The position numbers and the translations under genes are program-made. From Chara braunii (Eukaryota; Plantae; Charophyceae): 63,998 nucleotides of DNA. Positions 13,218 to 23,900 of the stretch are shown one piece after another; the stretch's first letter is position 1, and each line of letters opens with the position of its first letter. The notes beneath the pieces were generated by a model, which was not told where the DNA came from, did no database searches, and worked only from the letters and a program-made list of their open reading frames with translations. Location: contig BFEA01000008.1 of NCBI GenBank assembly GCA_003427395.1, positions 1,483,670 through 1,547,667 of the forward strand, given 5' to 3'.

Positions 13218-16200
13218 NNNNNNNNNNNNNNNNNNNNNNNNNNNNNNNNNNNNNNNNNNNNNNNNNNNNNNNNNNNNNNNNNNNNNNNNNNNNNNNNNNN
13301 NNNNNNNNNNNNNNNNNNNNNNNNNNNNNNNNNNNNNNNNNNNNNNNNNNNNNNNNNNNNNNNNNNNNNNNNNNNNNNNNNNNNNNNNNNNNNNNNNNNN
13401 NNNNNNNNNNNNNNNNNNNNNNNNNNNNNNNNNNNNNNNNNNNNNNNNNNNNNNNNNNNNNNNNNNNNNNNNNNNNNNNNNNNNNNNNNNNNNNNNNNNN
13501 NNNNNNNNNNNNNNNNNNNNNNNNNNNNNNNNNNNNNNNNNNNNNNNNNNNNNNNNNNNNNNNNNNNNNNNNNNNNNNNNNNNNNNNNNNNNNNNNNNNN
13601 NNNNNNNNNNNNNNNNNNNNNNNNNNNNNNNNNNTTTTTTTTTTTTTTTTTTTTAATTGATGATTGTGAAAGTCGACGTAGCTGCCGACCAGATTCTTGT
13701 TTTTGATTAAATTAGGATTACAAGGATTATGCCTCTTGGTTGGTGCTTTTGCTTGTGACTTATACTCAGATGATTGATAAGATAAATTTATAAAAGTATT
13801 TTCTTTATTACAAAGAGAAAATAAATCTTTACATGACAGATAGATAAAAGCGGCGTCATAGGGGCATTGGAGCAGTGTGAGGGAGCCAAAGGGTTTAAGG
13901 CGTGGCACAAATATCCTTTTTGGTTTTAGTTGCTGCGCAACGCAGGTCTCAAAGGAGTGAAGCGAGGTGGTACACTCCTGAGCCAATAAATAAAGGCATA
14001 ACCGTAGGCTTTGTGGGATGCGGATGAGTAAGATATTATGTGTCCGATGTACTTGAAGCCGACCAATACCGATGAGGGCCTCATAAGTCTATCGTTGTAA
14101 CCTGGGCCTTTGGGACTGGTTGGGGTTTTTAGCGAGTCTGGCTCGGTAATAGCAGCCACGACCGTTGAAAGAAGAGCTCAGGCTGGGCCTAGGGAGTTGT
14201 TTGGCCACCTAATAGCCCTGCGTAGGCTTGTCATGCCAAAGTCCATCAGGCCATCTGTTTGAAAATGGGGCAATACAGAGAAGGTCAGCGCAACCCCTGT
14301 CAGGCCGTGGCACGCATGAAGCGCTAGTGTCTATCTGAACCTGGCCATCATGAAGGGCCAGGGCCGCAGTGGGTCCTGATCGACTGGATGCGGCCAGTGG
14401 GATTTCAGCGGAGGCACACAGCAGTACTGGCGCGCAGGTTGTTTGTCGGGTCGGGTATAGGGGCAAAAAAATATTCTAGAAGGTTGGTCCCCCTTCGAAG
14501 TCTTCCTCGGGAAAGTCGGCGCTGCTGAACAGATTCGCGCTCAGTTGTAGGACCAAGCACCACGGCCAGAAGGAACATTGGCAAAGGCTCACAGTGATAC
14601 TAACAGGCGAAATCGATTGTCGGATGTGGGAATACCGGGCAACGCAGATTGAGAGTGGCGGAGACAGGCAGTAGGTGACGGGGAAGAGCAAGAGATAAAA
14701 AAAGGATGGAATGAACCCACCGCGGATTCGCGTCAGGTGCGTTCTAGAAACGAAGATGGAGAAGGAGCGAACAAGGAATTTCAAAATAGTATAGCTCGCT
14801 AGTTTTTCCACGAAAACGAGCGAGCGAAGGGTTGAGGTCAGGGTTTTGGAGTCGGGCGAACACGTTGAGAAAGTCAGAATGGCGAGAAGATAAATGGGTT
14901 AGTCAGTAGAGCGAGTATGAAGTGCGCCTTGACGAAAAGAGGTGGATACGGTGGAGGTCAAGAACGTATGCCCCGCTCTCTTCGTGATGAAATTGAACGC
15001 GTAAAGGTGGTAGGTAGGGTTTTTTACCTCGTGCGAGTGTAATGGTTAAGTTAGTTTTGGCCATAAGTTAGTAGAATAAGAGATATATAGGAAATGACGT
15101 GCGAGGAGGGATAGTGAAAACGAATATGGTGGGGACGAAGATCGAGTAACTCGCCCACTTCTTCGTGAAAACGAGTAAGTGGAGATTCGTTCCAGAGGTT
15201 TTCAGTTATTGCAAGAAAGGGGGTGGAGTTAATTTTGAGAGTTAGTGGTTGAATTTCACGTTGCGTTATTGATAGTGTGCGGAATGTATCTCCCCACGTT
15301 TTAGTCCAAAATCCATACCGATATTGCTCATTCCATTGAGCGAAGTGGCGTGGGGCTAGCGCCGGGAGCTTAGGACCTACCTGATCCGCAATCGCTCCTA
15401 GGACCTGCCTGATCGCACGGCTGGTCCATACACTTGGTCAACTTTGAAGAGTGGGGGCACTAATTGGTTTGAGCAGTGAAGGCTGAAGGAAGGGGCAAAT
15501 ACTTACCGGCGACAACCAAAGACGCAGCGGGGGGGGGGGACTGAGAGTGAAAGCTAAGGGGCTACACTGACTGCGCGGTGGTCATCACCACCAGCTTGGT
15601 CGTGGTTCCATACACCGCCGATGTGATTTATTGTCACGACCTTTGTCACTGAGGTCATCACCACTATCAACCACGAGGCTACTACCTTGTCATGTTGCTA
15701 CTGATCGTGAAGGTACCGGTCGCAGCAGCCATCTTCAGCACCGCTTGGCGACTTTTAGCGACCATCTGTGTATACGTGCAATAAAACAGGAAAGGGTCAG
15801 GACGTATCAGATTCTGCTGACGTCAGTGGACCTACATGGGTGGCATCGGCCTGCACTTTGTTTTTGTTTTTTTTTTCCACAACCTATGTCGAGTAGCTAT
15901 GTGGGGAAGGTTGATGCACTGAGAAGAAGAGGGGGAGGGCGACTGTTGTAAAGCCCATACTGTCTTGGTGTTGTTGTTGGGCTTTGCAACAGTGTACGAA
16001 CTGATCAACACTGCCTCATGGTGCAAACAATAGGCCTCAGCTGAGTATGCTAAGTTCTCGTTGTGCTCCACAGAGCAGTTCTTGCTGTGTTTTCTCATTG
16101 AACGCTGCTGGGTATGACACTATGATATTGGTGTTTAAAATTATGAATCGACACAGTACCGTGCTGCTGAGCGTGGTTGGTACACGTGCAGTTTTAAAAC

Positions 16201-16865
16201 CGAGTTTTGCTATAGTTTAACCGCGCTTCTCATAGCATATAGAGAGGGTGGTAAAGTTGTCGAAGGAGCCAATTGCTGCAAGTTGGAGACGCGCCAGAGA
16301 ATCATCTACTGGCTGTTTGAGATCTGGTTGACCAAGCTGTTACCACATTCCGGCCGCCATTGCGGGGCCCTCAGGCGATGGAAGATAACAAGGCCCTCTC
16401 CTGAGAGTCTAGTCAGTCCCTCTCTTGTATCTCGAGAGTCTGAAACCTCTACTTCTGCCCTTCTTACTCTAAGTCTAGTCCAATTCTGAGAGGAAGGGGA
16501 CAGGCGGGATTGCAACCCGTAGGACCACAGCAAGACTCTGTGGGGAGTCAGCCCACCGATTCTGGGAGCTCTGCCGGAACTAAGGAGGAGTTCTGGAGAC
16601 AGGGAATTGAAAAGTAATCATTGCTTTCCCTTTATAAACCTTGTTATAACCCCTATCTGTATCATTTGCTATGTTTTGACTAAGTATACTGTGTGCATCC
16701 CTACTTTGACTTTTCACGACACAAACCACACTAAGTAAAGGAATGTATGTGTAATGTCAGTTTCAGTTTTATTGTTTTATTGAAAGCAGATTGTGGGATT
16801 GCATCTGGGGGAAGAATGAGAGGAAGGTTGTATTGTTTGGTTTTACTGGGTATATCAAAGGTTGG

Positions 16866-17550
16866 ACAAGTCTCCATCAGTTTGGGGAGGTCCAGTGTTA
16901 TGTTTATTTTGAATTGCCTAAAGAACCAGACATGTTTCATAATTTTGGGTGGTTTGTTGCTCTAACTTGTAAGGGCTGACAGTGAATGACTTTTTAGGGA
17001 CCAAGCATGTTCCATAAGTTTGGGTGGCTTGGTCGCCTTTTTTACTTCGGGTTTCTTTCAGTTTCTTTAGGTACTGAACGAGGAGGTTTGGGCATGTTCC
17101 ATAAGTTTGGGTGACTCAGCCTCTTCCTGCTTTGGTTTTAAGAGAAAATGAACCAGGCTGAGGACCAAGACATTTTCCATAAGTTTGGGTGGTGTTGATC
17201 CAATGCCACGCGCATGCTGGAACCAGAAGGTTATAACTTGGCTATACCTTACTACGATTCTATCTGTGAACAAGCTAGTCGGACAGGGTTCCATAAGTTT
17301 GAGTGGTTTGACTATAGCTTATCACCAACTGAAAAGAGTACTAATTAAGAATAAACTTGTGGTACGAAGGGGCAGACTGAATCTTGAGTTAAAGATGATC
17401 GGTTCAGTTATATGCTACCTCAAAAGACTAAGTGCCGATAAATATGTAAAGTTGAGATACTTACGGCCAAAGAAGAGAAACGTTGTCATGCCCTATGTTT
17501 GGGTATACTCAATGGCTGAGCTAGACATGTTCCATAAGTTTGGGTGGTCT
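16866..17550 (+). repeat. Seven spaced copies of a ~24 bp motif GACATGTTCCATAAGTTTGGGTGG (also at 35055-35782)
   Basis: Copies at ~16866, 16928, 17004, 17091, 17168, 17281 and 17523; all seven are present in the 3' LTR. Confidence 0.85.
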
Positions 17551-17849
17551 AACTTTATGTCCTACTATGTAAGCTGGGTGTAAATAGTTAAATCATTGAG
17601 AGACCATGAACTGTTGTTTGATAAATCGACTTTGAGATGATGAGAGTACTTACCATAGTGGTTTGGTCTGCGTGTCACTGAGTACGATTATTATTTAGTC
17701 TAAGTTTCAGTTTGATAGGTAAGTTGCTTTGATTGCTCACCACGTGCTAGAGTCATAGGAGTTAGTTTCAATTTCTGCATTTTTTTAGCTAAGTTTTTTT
17801 TACTTAGGTCAATTTCTGCATTTTTTGGGATCTTTTATTATACTTGGGT

Positions 17850-18370
17850 TTGTATAAATCTTGGTAAGCCACTTTCTTTATGGGAAGCGCTGCCGAATTT
17901 TCTATAAAACCAAGAATTTAGTCAGACTTTGACTTTTTCAAGATCCAACTTTTGTGATTTTTTGGCTTAGTAAAAATATGAAAAACCTGTTTTTCTAAAG
18001 GGAGTGCTGCCCAATTTTTTTCTAATTCAGGGAGTTAGACAAAATTAAACTTTGAGAAGTCAAAGTCATTTTAGAGTCTGAAGTTAGCTTTGTATAAATC
18101 TTGGAAGCGCTGCCGAAAGTTTTTACAAATGTAAGGAGTTAGTTAAATTTTGTCTTTGTAAAACTCAGGTCTTGTTTCTGAGTTTATATCTAACTTAGTA
18201 TAAATCTGGGAAGTCTACCTTTCTAATGAAAATGCTGCCCAAATTTTTACTACTTCAGGGAGTTAGATTGTTTTTGTTTTCATATTTGAGTTATTATAAA
18301 TTCTGAGAAGACACTTTTCCTACAGGAAGCACTGTCGAAATTTTCTTAGTTTAGCGGAGTTAGATTATAT
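17850..18370 (+). repeat. About five degenerate ~110-120 bp tandem units (tataaatc..gaagcgctgccga..ggagttag); sister array at ~36075-36640
   Basis: Recurring sub-motifs at ~17852, 17968, 18092, 18198 and 18293. Confidence 0.75.
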
Positions 18371-18764
18371 TTTGACAGGTGGCAATCCTGAAAATCCACT
18401 CTGTATAGAGAAGATTCTGTCAGGGTCTACCTTTCATTAGACACTCACTTAGGGGTAGATTCATGATTAATTAAGTAGAATGATTCTTGATGAAATTCAT
18501 GATATAGAAATTACTCTCGATTTGGACTCATAGATTTAGCTTGGGGATTGTCTTGTCTTGTGTTACAGGTCCTCTTGAACGTTTGATTCGAAATCAGGAC
18601 TAGATTCAACTTGATCCCACGAGGATCATCTTCTGTTATCACTGATAATAGGTCGGTTGCCGATCCAATTCACCCTCAATACTCAACCTAAAAGGCTTAA
18701 GCCCTGGTGATTTCTATTGTTTTATTAAGGTTTTCACCCGCACTTTCATTGAATGGTCATTTAA

Positions 18765-19175
18765 ACCACAGGTCCCCCCGCCACGGAAAACTCCTAGTCC
18801 CTGTGAGCTAAGGCCAGGTTGTACGGAGGGGCGGCGACCGTACGGAGGCGCCGGGTTGTACGCAGGCCAACGGGTCCAATCCCGCCAATTTGCAAACGAC
18901 AACTTTGCCGATTTTTTGTGCTCAGAAGAAGTCATGAAAATATCTGAAAATTTGAGGGTCTGTAGATTATGTCGTGATCTTTCACGGAAAAATATCGGAA
19001 AAAAGAATTTTTTTTTGACGGTGAAATATTCGCCGCGCCGATTCAGTTTATTTCTATTTTTTGTCGCAAATTTCGTACGGAGGCCCGCCCGGTTTTCCAC
19101 GTTGTACGACCGGTACCCGTCGTGAAACGGCGCTACCGGTACCCCGAGGTTTTTGACGTCAGGGGGACCTGTGGC
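18765..19175. mobile_element. MITE (411 bp) at a TTAA site, present in the 5' LTR only
   Basis: ttaa|accacaggtccccc...gggggacctgtggc|ttaa. The 3' LTR has the empty site gaccatttaacaaagg (~37045). Subterminal gtacggagg-like repeats. Confidence 0.92.
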
Positions 19176-20525
19176 TTAACAAAGGTACTGAGTATTTAAT
19201 TATGGTTGGTTGGACAAGGGTTGAGGCTTGCATGGCTAGAGCGAGGGGTATGAGTATAGAAATTGGTTGAAGTTGACTCCGTGTAGTGCGTGGACTTTTG
19301 ATTGACTTATTGATGTGATTGCAGGTATGTTTTGTAGTTCGGATTTTGGATTTGACTTTCTGCGATCTCACATATATATATATATATATATATGGCTGTG
19401 AGGAGTCCCACTGTGATTATGAGAAGTGATCGTCACACACTTATCTCCCATTTATATATATACATGCATATACCTATGTTGGGTGTTCGCGTGGCCTGGG
19501 GGGGCCACTTTTAAGGGTTTAATGCGGGTTGAGATTGAGAAAGAAAAAAAAACCCCTTTTTATTGTTGAACTTCCTAAAGATTTCTTTGTCAGACGTTGG
19601 TCCTGTGCCTGGATTCGAGGTCCTTGTCCAGGACATCCCAGGTCCTAGACTCTGCTGGAAGGGATCTCCCCCCCGGCAGAGCCCATTTGCCCTGCCTACC
19701 AAGACACTCAGCCTAAAGGTCGAACGTGCCACGGAGGCCGCACGGCTATTCCTTCAGCCATGCAATATCGTGAAGGGGTAAGCCTTCACGATATTTCGAG
19801 TCTGACACTTGAGTGTCATTAGCGGTACTCGGATCCATGAGGGACCGCTTGATTATGGGCACTACATAGTAGGCCATCATAGCGGCTGCTTACGTATTCA
19901 TGCATTGCTAGTCGATATGAGTTAGCCCTGCGTCCGCGCGGTTTTATACTAAGTCTCTCGCGCGACGCCTACCCAATTTCCTTGTCGGAGAGTTATGGGA
20001 TGACTACTAAGGGACTAGGAGTGTTGTCGCGTTGTTTGTTCTGTGTCATTTCGAGTATGTACATCTGTGTGTGTTTTTGTTTTTATGTTTTTTAGAATGG
20101 TGTGCGTGTGGAGTGTGGGATGCGTTCTAGTCGACCGGCGACGAGCCGCACGTGGGACCTCGGCCCCCCAAGATGTCGGTTCGTGTGCGGGTCCGATAGA
20201 GGCGTAATACCGCGCGTAACGCCTATGCTACAATGTACAAGAAACACCCTCGGCTGGTCCACCTCTGCGATTGCATCTGATTAGCTTTCGTATTGTGGAC
20301 GGGTAGCTCGGCGGGGATACGCCCACCGAAGGGAGGTGACAACTCTCGCAAGTTGGAGGTAAGTCGTGCCTCGTGTATGCCCTATCTTGTCGTAGGGGCT
20401 CGCGAGAGGTATGGCTGGCGCACTCGGTCGGAGCGGCTTGCGGAAGCTCCATGTATATTCACGACGAAGGAACATACCAACTCCTGCGTCGTTTTGTGCA
20501 GTGTCAGGTCGATGCGCTCAATAGG

Positions 20526-20543
20526 TAGTGTCGTTGCCGGGAA
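20526..20543 (+). promoter_or_regulatory. Primer-binding site, decayed tRNA-Asp type
   Basis: TAGTGTCGTTGCCGGGAA versus TGGCGCCGTTGCCGGGGA (four transition differences), 2 nt after the LTR end. Confidence 0.8.
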
Positions 20544-20920
20544 TAACGGAAGCCTACCGTTGTCCCTGGTGGAACGACATCCGGGTATAAGATTGAGAAA
20601 TAAATAGGCATATAAGGAAAGACAGAGTACGTAATGTCTTGCCAGACTAATTATGATGGATAAACATTTTTATTGTAATAAGTTTTATCTTTGATCTGAT
20701 TGGCTGCCTAGGTTAGGGGGTCATAAAGAAAATCCTACAATAAATTTGGGCCGATTAAGATGAATTCAAAGGGAAGGAATAGGTCGTACCACTCGATCTG
20801 AATCGCTAAGTGGGTGTCTAGGAAACTCGATAGGCGTCATAGTAAGTTGGGACACAGAATGACAAATTTTTTTTCCTTACTCTTTTTAATAGGAAAATTT
20901 GAGACTGAGGTTCGACCAAG

Positions 20921-23900
20921 ATGTCAGGAGGCATAGCTGATGGTACCAGGAAGGTCCTGACGATCGACGATTTGGTCGAAGCCTTGGACAGGTGTGAAAG
21001 GTCACAGAGAAATGTTCCCAAGGTCGATACCTTCCATTTCAATGGGAAACGGGTCTCTGATTGGCTTGACTTGGTAGAACAAGCACTGGTGGGACTATCG
21101 GACGCGGTGAAATTTCAACGAATTATGAAGTATGTCCTCCATGACCATCATCAAGAGGTAGAGAAAGTGGTGAACGCAGCAAATGGCAGCTGGGTCGAGA
21201 TTCAAAGATGGGATGCAAAGGAAGTACAGGCTGAGTGATAACCTATTAACCACTGCAGACCTTAGAAGCAATGAACAGGGATGACTTCACCACAATGGGG
21301 GCCTTCGTGCATGAGTTCAAAAATAAGGCGAGGAAGGTCCCTGGGATCTTTAAGGAAGCGCAGTGTGCTCTCTTCCTTGGGTTGCTCACTGCCTTGGAAG
21401 CGGCAGAGCTGACAAGCCATAAAGGGGGGAATGCGAAACTCACCTGGGCCACTATTGACAAAGGGGTGGAGGAAGGAAGTCTTGACTAGGTGGAGCAGTA
21501 TCAGATGCGCCTGCAAAGGCGAAAGAGGAATGAACGGGATGCAACCGCTCCATGACTCGGACCCCGGGAGTAAAGAGGATTGTGACCGACGTACTTGCAG
21601 AGTTGGGCTATGGGAAAAACGCGGTGATAGAACAGAAAGTGGTAACGGGAATCCAGGGAAAAGGGAAGGAGCCAGTAATAGAGGAAGATGTCTAGGAGGA
21701 GTGGGAAAAAGAGGAGCCGGTGCCCCAACACCTTTCGAAGGTGCTACGCAAACAACGCAATTTAACGCAGGGAGGGCAACGTTCAGGAAAGGGGCAAGTG
21801 CCCCAAGCAATGGTAGTAACATCGCCAAGTGCGTCGGCTCCGTCAAGTAACGCGGCACCGTCACAAGCGGCGGTACCACCATTTGGGCAGTGGCCGTGAC
21901 CTGTGTTTAACACCTTTGTGCCATGGGGAAGCCTCACCATCGGGGCAAATGGTACCATACGCTGGGCCCCAAGCGAGTATGCCACCTCCAAGCTATCCCG
22001 CGACACAGGCTCAACCCATGGCACCGCCTCCGTCGCTCGCACCAAGTTCACAACTTGAAGGCAGTGTGGCAGGTGGAGGCAACCAAGGCCAGGGTAATCA
22101 AGGGAATGGAGGAAGAGGCCGCGGAAGAGGACGTGGCAGAAATGGTGGTGGCCGAGGGGGACAATGGGACAACCAAGGTCACCAGGACCAGGGAAATCAA
22201 GGGAGCTAGGGAAGCGGGAGGACCCGTTTTGATTGGAGAACCGATATATGCCAGCATTGTGACAAACAGGGCCATACTATACGGTTCTGCAATACTAGGC
22301 GGGAAGATGAAAGGGTAGGACTGATCTATTCCAATATGGATGGCGATATATACGATCAGTTCGGAAAATATATTGACCGAAAGGTTCCGGGTGGAGTAAG
22401 GGCGAAGACACAGAGAAGGGTAGCTGCGCGACAAGCTCCATCGGCCACATTCAGATTGTGGCAGGAAAGGGATGATCCACCAATTAGGGTGGAAGAGGTG
22501 GAAAGTGATGAAGAGGTAACTCAGAGGCTACGGGCTGGAGCTATAAAGGAGGAGCCCATAGTCGTTGAGTCAGATGAAGAGGGCGAAAATGAGAAGGTGG
22601 AGCCCGCATCAATCCTTCTAGGGAAGATGAAAGACTTGTGGGGAAAGATGGGGAGGTACCAGCAAAAATTGGGAGACATTTGTGAGGAAGTGAAGGGATG
22701 GAAAGTTGGTATCCCAAAGTCTTTCTCTACGAGTCTGGCCCGGAATCGATGCCAGGGCGACCCGGAGTAGCTACCGTAGGATCAGGCCCGCGGTCCGGAA
22801 TGATGGTCATACCCCCTACGGCGCAAGGAAGAATGGCACAGGCGGCTCGTACTAGAGGTCTGGCTAAGGCCAGCGCAAGCTAGGAACCTCCGCGTAAAGA
22901 GTCTGAGCCAGAGAAGAGAAAGGAGGTCGTATAGGTGGAGGATGACGAGGAAGAAGACGAGCAGGACGAAAGGCTGCGCCAAGAAGAGGACCAGAGAGCG
23001 GAGCAAAGGGCCAAGAAGAGAGGAGCCCAAGAAGAAGCCGAATTGATCCTGCGCAATACGGCGCCAAGGAAAAAGAAGTATGTGGTCCGATTGGAGGAAG
23101 GGTTCGATGTGGAGAAGGTAATCGATAGGTTACTTGAGGGTCATAATGACCTGGTGACCTTGAAAGAGATCCTGACTTCTGCTCCCAAGCTCCGCAATGA
23201 GCTAAAGGGAAGGCTCTCTCGGCGCTTAGTACCGAATGTCCATCTAAGTGTGATTCTGCCAAAAAAGGCGGAATGGGCAGAAACTGGGACGAAGATGGAC
23301 TGGAAGTGTGTGGCCTGCGGTATGGTGGATTTGGTGGTGAAAGGCTCCAATTATGCAGCAATGGAGGATACCGGAGTTGAGATGAATATTATTCGGGAGG
23401 CTGACGCGCTTAGGTTTGGGTTGGAGATAAACCGCTCAGATTGCGGTATTTTACATGAAGCCAACTGCAAGGCAGTGTTTTGTGGGACAACCTCGAATGT
23501 ACTTATCGAGGTCGGGAGAGTGAAAGTCAGAGCATGCTTCTTTGTCATGCCAGATGTGGACCATGGCATCCTCCTGAGAGGTCATTTCTGTGAAGGACAG
23601 AAACGTTGATGTTTAATAAACACGACGGAACTCTAATCTTGATTATGTGTGATCCGGCATGTGGGAATTATGAAATAATTACTTGTCGGAACACTGGTCC
23701 ACGGAGCATAAGGAACCTGCCCAATCCTAGATCGTTTACAATCGAAGAATCTGAGGATGAGCGCCGAAGACTCCTAAGGGAGCCAGAGGAGGAAAAAAGG
23801 GGTGAGGCGTTCTCCCTCAGTTTATCGGATGTTAACAAGGCCATGGATATAGTTGCCACACATGAGATGGCGGATCCAGATGCCATTCAGGCATTGAGGG

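Larger units (their letters stand above)
13635..20523 (+). repeat. 5' LTR of the giant Gypsy element (start hidden in gap)
   Basis: Colinear with 31763-38422 (roughly 85-90% by eye). Ends gatgcgctcaata versus gatgcgctcgaca in the 3' LTR. Confidence 0.9.

Noticed and set aside
16866-17550. CRISPR-like repeat-spacer appearance
   Set aside because: Spacing is irregular (60-240 bp), the repeats are degenerate, there are no cas genes, and the array lies inside a eukaryotic LTR.
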